From positions 1-64,000 of IMG/VR virus record IMGVR_UViG_3300007735_000798: 64,000 nucleotides of DNA. One strand, written 5' to 3'. The position numbers were made by a program, and so were the translations under genes. Origin of the DNA: a virus. Below, piece by piece: positions 1 through 9,638 of the stretch. Positions within the stretch are counted from its first letter, which is position 1; the number at the start of each line of letters is the position of its first letter. The notes below the pieces were generated by a model that saw only the letters and a list, made by a program, of their open reading frames with translations, made no database searches and was not told the DNA's origin.

Positions 1-162
1 GGCTTTTTCTTTTGTTGCTGTTCCTTTTGGGTTTTTACTTGAACCACTCTTTTTTTCGCTTGGTTTTGCTGGAGTTTGTGCAGAAGATTTTCTACCTGGC
101 CTTTTAGCGGCATCAGATAAATATTCTACCAAACAATTTTGTAAAAAATCAAAGGTATTCAT
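1..162 (-). CDS. Partial (runs off window) Lys/Ser-rich phage protein
   Basis: ATG at 162-160, open to the window edge: MNTFDFLQNCLVEYLSDAAKRPGRKSSAQTPAKPSEKKSGSSKNPKGTATKEKA...; starts 3 nt after the stop of the preceding gene. Not in the ORF track. Confidence 0.7.
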   Translation of the reverse strand, partial: MNTFDFLQNCLVEYLSDAAKRPGRKSSAQTPAKPSEKKSGSSKNPKGTATKEKA

Positions 163-165
163 TAA

Positions 166-555
166 TTATTGAAGAAATTTAATTTTATAAGCAGCTTTAT
201 CAATAGCCCCAATTAATTCATCAATAATATTTTGCAATTCGGTTTCTTCTGCTGGTGCAAAAGAATATCTTGCATTAATTACATATTGATGAAGTTTAAG
301 AACAAACTCAAGTTCGTCACTTGGGGTTGTCACTGATTGCGAAGGAAAATCAAGAATTACTTGATGGCGACCTTGGTAGGCCTCAGTTAATGTATCGGAA
401 AATCCAATAATACTTTCATATAAATCTCCTAAAGCCTCATGTTTAGAAAAACTACGGGTTCTAAAATGCAAGTAATGCAAAGATGTAGCTGCATTTAAAA
501 GTGTTGCGATATATGTTCCTGCGCTTGCAGCATCTGCTTTAATTTCTGTTTTCAT
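166..555 (-). CDS. Ferritin/Dps-like four-helix bundle protein (DUF5856-like)
   Basis: Motif LHYLH..T.SFSKHEALGDLYE...DTL.EAYQG and C-terminal ELQNIIDE...YK.KFL. Start moved from 624 to the ATG at 555 to remove overlap with the upstream gene. Confidence 0.75.
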   Translation of the reverse strand: MKTEIKADAASAGTYIATLLNAATSLHYLHFRTRSFSKHEALGDLYESIIGFSDTLTEAYQGRHQVILDFPSQSVTTPSDELEFVLKLHQYVINARYSFAPAEETELQNIIDELIGAIDKAAYKIKFLQ

Positions 556-556
556 A

Positions 557-1312
557 TTATGATAAAGGGTTAGTTGAATTTTCTTCGGAATCTGTTTCTT
601 CTGTTTCCATTTCTGTCTCTTCATCGGTTTCTTGTGCGTACATCACATAATTACTAATAGTCATCATATAATCTTCGGCAAGAGCGATTTGCTGTTGTAA
701 AAATGGTTCTGATAAATTTTCTTTTACTTTTGGGTCGTTTGCATTATCAAGGATTTCTTTGGCATGATCGGCAATTACAGCAATCGAGCCTAAAGCCATT
801 TCTATAAATTCATTTTTATATTCCATCAAATCTTCTTCTTCAGAAGCTTTAATTTTATATTCATCTTTGATAGTTTGTGGAAGAGCTTTTACAAATTCCA
901 TTCCTTTACTTTTTACTTTACGAACAAGGCGGCGTTTAAAATCTTCATAATTTTTGCCTTTACTACGGCCAAAACTATTAACAGCATCTTTTACGTCAGC
1001 TGGGGTAACAATAGGAAAACTTCTTTCTTGCGGATAAAGAAAATCACTATCTTTTAAATCACCTCGTTTTTGACCACTATATGTTTTTTGAGCGGCCTCC
1101 ACACATTCTGGGCATTCTAAATTAAATAAAACTTCATTTTCACCTTCACCGAATGAAGCGAAGGCGCTTGCTTTTGCTTTTTTCCACTGTGAATAACAAA
1201 CTGCTACACGTTGTTTAGTGTCTTTAAAATCTTTATTCATTGTTTCATTTCCAGCGCAACGGGAAATAAAATCACCTTGTTTTTCGTTCTTTTTAGGATT
1301 TGGCAAAGGCAT
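557..1312 (-). CDS. Modular phage protein (N-terminal Cys motif, DUF6582-like domain, acidic helical tail); possible head-associated protein
   Basis: MPLPNPK..E...FISRC...QRVAVCYSQW, then RGDLKDSDFLYPQERSFPI...DVKDAV..FGR, then an acidic C-terminus. Confidence 0.55.
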   Translation of the reverse strand: MPLPNPKKNEKQGDFISRCAGNETMNKDFKDTKQRVAVCYSQWKKAKASAFASFGEGENEVLFNLECPECVEAAQKTYSGQKRGDLKDSDFLYPQERSFPIVTPADVKDAVNSFGRSKGKNYEDFKRRLVRKVKSKGMEFVKALPQTIKDEYKIKASEEEDLMEYKNEFIEMALGSIAVIADHAKEILDNANDPKVKENLSEPFLQQQIALAEDYMMTISNYVMYAQETDEETEMETEETDSEENSTNPLS

Positions 1313-1322
1313 AATATATAGT

Positions 1323-1328
1323 TTACAC
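1323..1328 (-). promoter_or_regulatory. GTGTAA motif, putative phage late promoter
   Basis: GGTGTAA-N10-ATG upstream of ORF 557..1312; the motif recurs upstream of tail genes. Confidence 0.5.
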
Positions 1329-1344
1329 CTAGAAATTTGATAAT

Positions 1345-3879
1345 TTACTTCAAATCTCTCATATTTTTATATATTTTACAGTCTTGTCTTTTAATATTAT
1401 CTGCAAAAATAGCATCTGTTCCTTTTAAACGACCACGGATAATTACAATATCACCTTCTTCTGGAAAATTTCCACTATTATCATTTTTACATTCTTCAAA
1501 TAGGCCAAAACGGCCATCAAAAAGAAGGGCGGAAACTTTTCCAGTGTCATCTGCAACTGTTGCCTTAAAAAATTTATTACCATTTCTAGATTTAGATTGG
1601 CGAGTTGGTTCGATAATTTCACCAATTAAAAGAACTCTATCATCTTCTTCTTTTGTTTCAAAAGCGTCTTTAATTGTTATAAAATTATGATTACCCTGTT
1701 TAAAGATAGTTGTTAAGTTTTGACTATAACTAAATCCTAAACAATTTTTCTCATAAAAATAATTAGTAAGTGCTTCATTACGACTATTCAGCTCATAAAT
1801 TTGTTTATAAGGCGCGTATTTCTTTTTAAATGTCTCAAATCTTGATTCTTTAATTTGCTTTTTGTCTACCAACAATTTAATAATACTAAGAATATTCTTT
1901 TCTTCTCCTTCGTCATGCAAAGTTTTAACTAAACGTTTTTCTTTGTCAGTAAGAATGTTAAATGCCTGAGCTTGTAAAACCAAATGTGGACGAGAAGACC
2001 CAAGATCATCTAAAGCTCCAGCTTGAATAAGCGATGAAAGCACGCCGATATTCAAACCTGCCTGTTTAGCCGCAAGAAAACAATCTATCTTATTATCATA
2101 CTCTCCACGAAACTTAATTAATTTTTCAATAGAATTATCTGAAATACCCTTAATTGCACTTAATCCATATCTAATATTATTCCCCTCGACAGTAAATCCT
2201 ACATCTGATTTCAATAAATGTGGTGGAAGTAATTTTATGTTAAAATATGGCAACTCTCTTTGCATCTGCCTAATTTCGTCCATTGGGTCTGGAAGTTTTT
2301 GAATTGCATTAAGACATGCCGTAAAAAATTGAAGTGGGTATTTATATTTAAGATAAACTGTTAATGCCCCAAGATAAGCTACACAATATGAGTGCGATTT
2401 ATTAAAAGAATAGTCCGCAGAGTCTAACATAACTTTCCAAATTGCTTCTGCAACTTGTTCTCCAAACTTGTTTTTTTCACAAATTTCAAATACCTTATCT
2501 TTCCATTTTGGCATTTCATCGCGTTTCTTTTTACCAATAATACGGCGAATATATTCAGATTCATCTGGAGTAAAACCAACCGTAACAAGAGCTTGAATTA
2601 ATTGTTCTTGATAAAGTGGAAGGTTACGTGTTTCTGCAAATACTGGCGCAAGTTTTTCATGCGGAGCTTCTCCACTAAAATTGATGTAGTCTTTTTCATA
2701 CGCCAAAGCTCCAGGTCGTGCAATAGCATTTACGTCACTCAAATGCGCAATGTTGGCTGGTCGAATATTTTTACAAACACGATAAGCACAATCGGCACTA
2801 ATTTGATAAAGACCATATGGAAGTAAATCATCACGTTGAAGATGTTGGTAAACTTCTTCATTATCATCAAGATTAATATCCTCAAATTTTTCTGGAATTA
2901 ACTCAAATACATTTTTAATAATTTCATTACTAATAAGACCAAGAAGATCAAGTTTAATTCCAAACTTTGCCGCAGTATTCATTTCATATGAAATTGCAAG
3001 TTCACCTTCTTTATTAATCTCGACAGGAACAAATTTATCGAGTGGATAATAGGAAATGAAATAGCCACTAGCATGAGTCGATTTGCCACGAATCAGTCCA
3101 CGCAATTTTAATGCAATTTTATATGTTTCTGGATAACGATCCGCCCAATCACGAAATTTTTCACTATTCTTGTATGAATCTTCGATATCTTCAACAACCC
3201 CGAAATGTTTACCAATTGTATCCGCAAGATTGCTTGCGTCTTCCTCGCTAGCTTCATTAATAATTTTATAAACATCTTTTACAAGAATTTTACCAGAAAA
3301 AGTTGATACCGAAGAAATTTTGCAAACCTTATTTGGATAGCATTTCTTAAGCCATTCAATAATTTGGTCACGAACTCCGCCAAGATTAATATCAACGTCT
3401 GGAGCAAGATCACCTTGAATATAAGTAATACCATCGATAACCTCTTTCTTCGCACGGGTTTTAGAAATAAACCGAGTAAAGAAAAGATTTTTATCAATTG
3501 GGTCTACCCCAGTAACTCCAATCAAGTAGAAAATTAAACTACCAGCAGCCGAACCGCGACCCCAATCAATAAAAGCTCCAAGTTGACGAGCTTTGTTAAT
3601 TACTCTCCATACAAGAAGATAATAATCAATAAAACCAAGATCTTTTACAATTTCAAATTCTTCTTTAATTCTATTAAGATATATGGGTTTTTTCTTTTCT
3701 GAAATTTTATCACGATGTTTTCTCCATCCATCATTTACAAGTTGTTGCAAAAATTGTTCGTTTGTTTCGGCTTTCTCAGCAAGTAAGCCTTTTTCTTCTT
3801 TTGTAAAAGAGATATTTGGCAACCGCACAAGGTTGACATTTTTCATTTCAATATTTTTAAACTGTTCTAAAAATTTCAT
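1345..3879 (-). CDS. dnaE: DNA polymerase III alpha, catalytic fragment (palm/fingers/HhH/OB) lacking the PHP domain
   Basis: GRGSAAGSL..Y..G.T.VDP, PDVD catalytic Asp pair, HASG, KLDLLGL, RPG, YQEQ, YSFNKSH, IRYGL.AIKG, C-terminal OB fold. Confidence 0.95.
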   Translation of the reverse strand: MKFLEQFKNIEMKNVNLVRLPNISFTKEEKGLLAEKAETNEQFLQQLVNDGWRKHRDKISEKKKPIYLNRIKEEFEIVKDLGFIDYYLLVWRVINKARQLGAFIDWGRGSAAGSLIFYLIGVTGVDPIDKNLFFTRFISKTRAKKEVIDGITYIQGDLAPDVDINLGGVRDQIIEWLKKCYPNKVCKISSVSTFSGKILVKDVYKIINEASEEDASNLADTIGKHFGVVEDIEDSYKNSEKFRDWADRYPETYKIALKLRGLIRGKSTHASGYFISYYPLDKFVPVEINKEGELAISYEMNTAAKFGIKLDLLGLISNEIIKNVFELIPEKFEDINLDDNEEVYQHLQRDDLLPYGLYQISADCAYRVCKNIRPANIAHLSDVNAIARPGALAYEKDYINFSGEAPHEKLAPVFAETRNLPLYQEQLIQALVTVGFTPDESEYIRRIIGKKKRDEMPKWKDKVFEICEKNKFGEQVAEAIWKVMLDSADYSFNKSHSYCVAYLGALTVYLKYKYPLQFFTACLNAIQKLPDPMDEIRQMQRELPYFNIKLLPPHLLKSDVGFTVEGNNIRYGLSAIKGISDNSIEKLIKFRGEYDNKIDCFLAAKQAGLNIGVLSSLIQAGALDDLGSSRPHLVLQAQAFNILTDKEKRLVKTLHDEGEEKNILSIIKLLVDKKQIKESRFETFKKKYAPYKQIYELNSRNEALTNYFYEKNCLGFSYSQNLTTIFKQGNHNFITIKDAFETKEEDDRVLLIGEIIEPTRQSKSRNGNKFFKATVADDTGKVSALLFDGRFGLFEECKNDNSGNFPEEGDIVIIRGRLKGTDAIFADNIKRQDCKIYKNMRDLK

Positions 3880-4508
3880 ATCTCAATAGTCAAAATTTGC
3901 TTTTTAAAAATCTCAAGGCATTTTTCATTATCATATACTGCATCGTGCGCTTTTAAATCATTATATTCAATATCATAAAGGCCGCAAAGATGCTTAACTG
4001 AAGTCTTAACGCCTTTTTTAACATAATGATACATTTGATATTGCCATGCAGTTCTATTTTCTGGAACTGTTTTCAATCCCATGTATATTCCTTTTTGAAT
4101 ACATTGTATATCTAAAACACGATTAAGATAAGAAAAATCAGATTGTAGCCCCAAAATTCTTCTCAAGGTATTAATGACATAAACATCATAACCAAAAAGG
4201 TTTGCGCCAACAATAAGATATTCTGGATTATATAAATAACTTTCAAAAAGTTCTAATACTTCTTTTGGATCTTTTGCATTTTCTTTCCAAACATTATAAT
4301 CAAAACGGGTAATTCGTGCGGCATCAGCAGATACATTTAAATCTTTCCAATAAAGCATATGATCTTCATTTTTAACAATTTTATGATCTTCATATACTAG
4401 CCATGAAAGTTGAAATGGTCTAGCCAATGCCAAAGCAAGACTTTCTGTTTCTGTATCAAAAACAATATATTTTTGTTTTTTATTAAAACGTAAAAGATTA
4501 CTTTGCAT
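3876..4508 (-). CDS. DEDDh 3'-5' exonuclease (epsilon/DnaQ-like proofreading subunit)
   Basis: ExoI VFDTETE, ExoII GAN...YD, ExoIII AHDAVYD. Start moved to the ATG at 4508. ATGA overlap with dnaE. Confidence 0.9.
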   Translation of the reverse strand: MQSNLLRFNKKQKYIVFDTETESLALALARPFQLSWLVYEDHKIVKNEDHMLYWKDLNVSADAARITRFDYNVWKENAKDPKEVLELFESYLYNPEYLIVGANLFGYDVYVINTLRRILGLQSDFSYLNRVLDIQCIQKGIYMGLKTVPENRTAWQYQMYHYVKKGVKTSVKHLCGLYDIEYNDLKAHDAVYDNEKCLEIFKKQILTIEI

Positions 4509-5250
4509 TTTCTTGCCATGCCTCCATACAAAATTCTTGACTACCAAAATGTCTTAATTCTGGCTTTTGAAAAGTCGTTCTATTAAGAATACAACGATAA
4601 GTCATATATGCTTTAAAATCTTTACGTTCACGATAATAAATTGTTTTAGATGAAATAATTTCATGATCTTTAATTGTTTCTTGTATATGATTATTTAACA
4701 AGTCATCAAATGGTAAACCATTATTTTCTATAAAATAAGTTGGTTCAGTAAAATCTAATTCTGGAACGCATTGACGACCATATAAAAGATTATAATAAAC
4801 ATATGAATCATAAAATGGAATAACTAATGAAAGATTTTTACTCCAATACTCTTTAATAGTTTTAAAGTCTAATCTTGGACGACCTTCATAAATACCATCT
4901 GTTGAAGATATATTATGCAATTTAATCAAATCATTAAAAGAATTTTTTGTGGCGAAAATAATGAATTTACTTTCTGTAATTTCCGATTCTTTTGTCTTAT
5001 TTGTAATATCTTGGCAAATGTTTAATCTATAACCAAATCTCAAATTTAGATTGGCTTTCTTTGCGTTTTCGTATGCTTCAACTAACCCAGTAAGAGTATT
5101 GTCAACAATAAAGACATCTTGTAAACTATAATCTTTAGAAATATCAAAAATAGAATCTGGATGATTTTCTTCTCTAGAATCTTTTTCTGTATATGGGTCT
5201 AGAGTAAGAACTGAGGTCAAAGAGTAATTCGATCTAAAAATTGGTAACAT
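4498..5250 (-). CDS. Stand-alone degenerate PHP domain of Pol III alpha
   Basis: RSNYSL, IVDN...G..EAY..A......FGYR, L.KL...S..DG.Y..PRLD align to the DnaE N-terminal PHP domain, but the metal-binding His residues are absent. Confidence 0.8.
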   Translation of the reverse strand: MLPIFRSNYSLTSVLTLDPYTEKDSREENHPDSIFDISKDYSLQDVFIVDNTLTGLVEAYENAKKANLNLRFGYRLNICQDITNKTKESEITESKFIIFATKNSFNDLIKLHNISSTDGIYEGRPRLDFKTIKEYWSKNLSLVIPFYDSYVYYNLLYGRQCVPELDFTEPTYFIENNGLPFDDLLNNHIQETIKDHEIISSKTIYYRERKDFKAYMTYRCILNRTTFQKPELRHFGSQEFCMEAWQENAK

Positions 5251-5257
5251 TTCTTAA

Positions 5258-5286
5258 AGAATATCAAAAATTTCTTTAAAAGTCAA
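5258..5286 (-). promoter_or_regulatory. Sigma70-type promoter, leaderless geometry
   Basis: TTGACT-N17(ends TGA)-TATTCT-N7-ATG(5250). Confidence 0.6.
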
Positions 5287-6265
5287 AATCTTTATTTGAT
5301 TCTTTCCAAGCTGGACAACCTTCATATTTTCTTATTTCAATTCGGTAACCTGATTTTAAATCTTTTTCTTTAAAATCTTCATTTGCAAAAATTGATTTAA
5401 TAATTTTACCATCTTTATCTATAAGAACTTTATAATCAATAGCATTTAAATATGGGCAACGCCAACCAGATTTTGTCTGACACATCCATTTTTTACTAAA
5501 TTCATGTGCGGCAAAATTAGAATGAGCTTTTTTTTCATCAAAATTTTGTAAATAACCATTAATATATTCCAAATAATGTTCAAAACCACGAAGTTCTTCT
5601 TCACTAAAATGTGGGCATTCTCTTTCTGGATCATCTGGATATCTCAAAAATAAAAATTTAACTAAAACATCTTTTTGTTTTTGATATTTTTTACGAACAG
5701 CTAATGAATACATCATTCCTTGAAGATTACTTTCAAGCTCATCCCCTTTAAAAGCTTTTTTACTTGATTTAAAATCACGAATAATCATTTGTTTTTTATC
5801 TTTAAAAATACGATCAACAAAACCACCTATTCTATATTTAGGGGATTCGTTTGTGATATCAAATTCCCATTCTGATCCAATAACTTTATATTCTCCAATA
5901 AAATCAAATTTTAATCCGACTAAAATCATCTCATCTATACATTTAAGATTGGTGATTTCTTGACCACTTTTTTTAAGAGGTTGAACCATTTCGTCTAAAT
6001 CCAATCCTTCGCGTTTGGCTGCCTTTATAATTAATTTAAAAATTGCGGGGTATTTGAGACATGTTTTACTTTTTACAATTTTTTTAACGTAATGCTCATG
6101 TCTAGGATTGGCTAATACCTCAAAGATTAAATGGGCAATTGAACCACGCATGGCTCCAGAATTATTTTTTTGTGGTAATTTAAGATTATAATTACAATAA
6201 TACATCCACGAACATGATTGTAATGTCTTAATTCTACTAGCCGAAAGTTTAATTAAATCGCTCAT
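5276..6265 (-). CDS. PD-(D/E)XK nuclease (AddB/RecB/Cas4-like), possible Fe-S cluster
   Basis: LSASRI...C, G...H..FE, GFVDRI, IRDFKS, Q...Y motifs; C-terminal Cys residues (WMC...CPY...CP). Confidence 0.85.
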   Translation of the reverse strand: MSDLIKLSASRIKTLQSCSWMYYCNYNLKLPQKNNSGAMRGSIAHLIFEVLANPRHEHYVKKIVKSKTCLKYPAIFKLIIKAAKREGLDLDEMVQPLKKSGQEITNLKCIDEMILVGLKFDFIGEYKVIGSEWEFDITNESPKYRIGGFVDRIFKDKKQMIIRDFKSSKKAFKGDELESNLQGMMYSLAVRKKYQKQKDVLVKFLFLRYPDDPERECPHFSEEELRGFEHYLEYINGYLQNFDEKKAHSNFAAHEFSKKWMCQTKSGWRCPYLNAIDYKVLIDKDGKIIKSIFANEDFKEKDLKSGYRIEIRKYEGCPAWKESNKDFDF

Positions 6266-6268
6266 AAT

Positions 6269-6859
6269 TTATTTATATTTCCTACCATATTTAAAACCTT
6301 TTGGTAATTTTTTAGGTTTTTCAACAAAAAAACTTTTTTTTAACTTATCTGAATATATCCATACTCTTTTTTTTCTTTTTATTTTTCCAGATTTTACTTT
6401 GTCCCAATAATCATTTGCAATTGTTTTTAAGTGACCATTTTCTGCATTTATTTTACCCTGTGCTTTACCACCAAGAATACATATTTTACTTCTAAGTTTG
6501 GGATCAAAAAAAGCATTTGTTTGCAATTCTTTGCATCTTTTCGCAGACATTTTTCCAAAAAGTGTACGTTGTTCCTTTGTTAAAGCTTTTGATATTCTTT
6601 GTATATGTCCAGATTCTGCATTTTTTTTACCAGCAATTTTACCCCCTAAAGTAGATAAAGCCTGTGGCCCCCTAGGGTCTTTAGACAAAAGATAATAAGC
6701 GCATAAATCTTGTTGTTTACCATATTTTTTATATAAATCTAGATGCGCTTTAGCATGTTGCTTTGGCGTTAATTCTATAATATTATCTGGAGTATCTTTT
6801 CCACCCATATGTTTAGGAATTATATGATGTCTATGTACAAATTTTTTTAGTTTCCGCAT
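6269..6859 (-). CDS. Free-standing HNH homing endonuclease
   Basis: HRHHIIPKHMGG.D...N...LT..QH..AH core followed by basic GGK-type DNA-binding repeats. Confidence 0.85.
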   Translation of the reverse strand: MRKLKKFVHRHHIIPKHMGGKDTPDNIIELTPKQHAKAHLDLYKKYGKQQDLCAYYLLSKDPRGPQALSTLGGKIAGKKNAESGHIQRISKALTKEQRTLFGKMSAKRCKELQTNAFFDPKLRSKICILGGKAQGKINAENGHLKTIANDYWDKVKSGKIKRKKRVWIYSDKLKKSFFVEKPKKLPKGFKYGRKYK

Positions 6860-6868
6860 GAATGATAC

Positions 6869-7273
6869 TTACACTTGAAATATAGAAATATCACATTGAT
6901 TTAAAAATTTAATACCAGAATCATCTCTATATATATATTTATAATAAACAGTTTTAATACCAGATCCATGTATGGCTTTTGCACAGGAAATACATGGGGC
7001 ATGAGTTATAAACATAATAGAATTTTCGCCAGATTCTGTGCTTTTAGCTAATTTAAAAATGCAATTCATTTCAGCATGTGTTACTTCTGGTTTCGTATTA
7101 TTGTGCTCATCCTCACATGTATTATCCCATCCTTCTGGAGTTCCATTATAACCAATAGAAATAATCCTATTATTCTTTACTACGACCGCTCCAACCTGAA
7201 GTCGTTTAGCGCTTGAAAGTTTCGCAAAACGTTCGGCTACATCCATATAAGCTTGTATCCATTTATTTTTCAT
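6869..7273 (-). CDS. dCMP deaminase
   Basis: VGAVVV...IISIGYNG, HAE.N, PC..C zinc-deaminase motifs. Confidence 0.93.
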   Translation of the reverse strand: MKNKWIQAYMDVAERFAKLSSAKRLQVGAVVVKNNRIISIGYNGTPEGWDNTCEDEHNNTKPEVTHAEMNCIFKLAKSTESGENSIMFITHAPCISCAKAIHGSGIKTVYYKYIYRDDSGIKFLNQCDISIFQV

Positions 7274-7274
7274 A

Positions 7275-8168
7275 TTATAATTGGTTATACCATTCTTTAT
7301 TTTCTTTTACCGTTTGATCACCAAAATCATTTTTAAATGGATGATAAATATAAATTTGGGCGGGGTCAAAAAACTCTACAAGTGTTGAGCGTATTTTTGT
7401 AGCTGCTTTTTGCCCCGCCTTGTTTTCATCATTGTTGGTAGCAACGATGATTTGATCGGGATCAAGGCGAATTATCGCTTTTAACAGGCCTCCACCAGCC
7501 TCAGTCCCGAAAGTAATCCCCGTATTTTTGATTCCGCTTTCCCAAAGAGAAAGCATATCACCAATACTTTCAACAAGTATTAACTGTTTTTTTTCTTTAA
7601 TAAATTGATGAGTAAATATAAATGGATATGCCCACTCATTTTTACGTCCAATATGTTTCCATTTAATTTTAGATTTTCCAGTAACATCACGACCAGAAAA
7701 TCCTTGAATTTTTTTTCGTGCATCAAAAATTGGAAACACATATCTTTGATACATTTTACCAGTTGTACATAATCCACCACCAAAAACTTTTAAAGTTTCA
7801 TCGCTAACGCCACGACCATTCCAATAAGAATAATCTTGTTTTAAATCAACAAGATCATTATTTGAATAATATTTAGATGTTTTATTAAAAGGATCTTCAA
7901 CGTCATTATTAAATCCTGTATAATATTTGGCTTTATCTTCTAAAATTTGCTCTACTTGTTTTATATCTTTAAGATTAAGAGTCATCTTTAGAAACTCCCC
8001 CAAAGAAAATACATTACCAGTAACAAAATCTTTTACAATATTATTTTGCAAATAAATTGCTACCGATCCGCTATCGTTGCCACCACGATAGCGAGCACAA
8101 CAAGTAAGATAAGTTCCATAATTTCTAGGATTACAACCAGCATCCTTTAAAAGTTCTAAAAGTCTCAT
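7275..8168 (-). CDS. dnaG: DNA primase (TOPRIM)
   Basis: RYVFPI.D....GFSGR, KW, LVESIGD, ATNND...G..AA, NDFGD; directly downstream of the helicase. Confidence 0.85.
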   Translation of the reverse strand: MRLLELLKDAGCNPRNYGTYLTCCARYRGGNDSGSVAIYLQNNIVKDFVTGNVFSLGEFLKMTLNLKDIKQVEQILEDKAKYYTGFNNDVEDPFNKTSKYYSNNDLVDLKQDYSYWNGRGVSDETLKVFGGGLCTTGKMYQRYVFPIFDARKKIQGFSGRDVTGKSKIKWKHIGRKNEWAYPFIFTHQFIKEKKQLILVESIGDMLSLWESGIKNTGITFGTEAGGGLLKAIIRLDPDQIIVATNNDENKAGQKAATKIRSTLVEFFDPAQIYIYHPFKNDFGDQTVKENKEWYNQL

Positions 8169-9637
8169 ATAATTTCTTCTCGATCTTCATTATTTTCACG
8201 ATCAAAAATATTAACATTAATACCATTTTGATTGTTGACGATGTCTTGAAGAGTACCTTTTTCTTCGACATGAAAATTTTCAACATTAAATGAAATAAAA
8301 TTCTTACGATATTGAGCGCGACCATTTTCAATAACACGAACAAGATCATTATGACCATGAGCATGTTGGCCTTGATAACGAGATGCAAGTTCAATCATTT
8401 TATGAGTACCAAATTGTGCGCCATCTTCTGCTTGTTCTTCTAAAGTCTTACGTCTAAAAATTCCAACATAAGCAGCAAACCATTGAAGACGATCTGACTG
8501 TGCAATTGCGCTTGAATCATCAGCACCATTTTCAGCACTACGATTTAACTGGCAAGCTGTAAGAATTGGAATATTCAAACGAACAGAAAGTTCTTTAAGC
8601 CTATCTACTTTATCACCAATGAGTTGATATTCCTGCTTTCCCTTTTCCATTTCTCCAGTAAGTTTAATATAATCATAAACGACAATTGCTGGATTGCCAC
8701 GACCAACTTGACCAAGATACCAACGTTGAATAATTGATTCAATTTCAGACACTGGTTTTCCAGAAACTTGTAAGTGTTTAACCTTACCTTGGGCTTTAGA
8801 AAGTTCAGATTTTTTACTATTCCATTTAGCCAATAGTTCCTTATTATTTTTAAAATTACCAGTTTCAAGCCACCACATCGGAATACCAGTAATACTACTA
8901 GCAATACGAAAACGAATTACATTTGTTTGCATTTCTGTATCAAGAATAAGAGCTTGAAGGTTTGGATTAATAAGAGTTGCTTTAGAACAAATATCGCTCA
9001 AAATTGTTGATTTACCATGTTTTGGACGACTAACCCATGCGTAAAGTTCTCCAGGTCTCAATCCACCATACATTTTATTAAATACTTTATATGGGGTTAA
9101 ATATCCAGTTTCTGTAATTGGATTATTAGCGCGCTCTTCAACCATTTGCTCAATATCATTAAAAAGATCTTCTGGATTAGATTCCAAATCATAAGCAGTA
9201 ATCTTATCATTATACATTTTATCGGCCAGTGTAATAATTTCATCTGCTGATTTGTCTCCAGAGTTTGACATTGAATCTGCAATTAATGATGCAGTTTCGG
9301 CAATCTCACGACGAATAGTTATTGTTTTTAAATTTTTACAAGCATCGATTAAAGACTTTTGACTAATTTTAAGAAATGCTAAACTTTCGATATAATCAAA
9401 AACATTAAAATCTTGTTTAAAATTAATTCCAAGATTTTTAATTTTCTCACCAATAATTACTGGATCAAGTGGTTGGCTTTTCATTATTTGACCCTTGACC
9501 ACACTAAAAATTGTTTTATGACCATTCGAAAAGTCATTCTCATTAATAAAATGAGACACCTCAAAAAATACCTGTGGATATTTTAAAAAACCAGCCAATA
9601 CATGTTTTTCGATTTGAACGCTACGAATTGAAGACAT
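8165..9637 (-). CDS. dnaB: Replicative DNA helicase
   Basis: Walker A RPKHGKST, DTEM, VYDYIKL, CQLNR; DnaB N-terminal domain. Confidence 0.93.
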   Translation of the reverse strand: MSSIRSVQIEKHVLAGFLKYPQVFFEVSHFINENDFSNGHKTIFSVVKGQIMKSQPLDPVIIGEKIKNLGINFKQDFNVFDYIESLAFLKISQKSLIDACKNLKTITIRREIAETASLIADSMSNSGDKSADEIITLADKMYNDKITAYDLESNPEDLFNDIEQMVEERANNPITETGYLTPYKVFNKMYGGLRPGELYAWVSRPKHGKSTILSDICSKATLINPNLQALILDTEMQTNVIRFRIASSITGIPMWWLETGNFKNNKELLAKWNSKKSELSKAQGKVKHLQVSGKPVSEIESIIQRWYLGQVGRGNPAIVVYDYIKLTGEMEKGKQEYQLIGDKVDRLKELSVRLNIPILTACQLNRSAENGADDSSAIAQSDRLQWFAAYVGIFRRKTLEEQAEDGAQFGTHKMIELASRYQGQHAHGHNDLVRVIENGRAQYRKNFISFNVENFHVEEKGTLQDIVNNQNGINVNIFDRENNEDREEII

Positions 9638-9638
9638 A

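Noticed and set aside
875-3889. Short overlapping or antisense ORFs within dnaE and its neighbour
   Set aside because: Embedded in well-supported genes, with non-ATG starts and shadow-like composition; the same applies to the other small nested ORFs in the track.
5276-6265. Cas4-like nuclease as a sign of CRISPR-Cas
   Set aside because: No other cas genes or array; such nucleases are common in phage replication modules.
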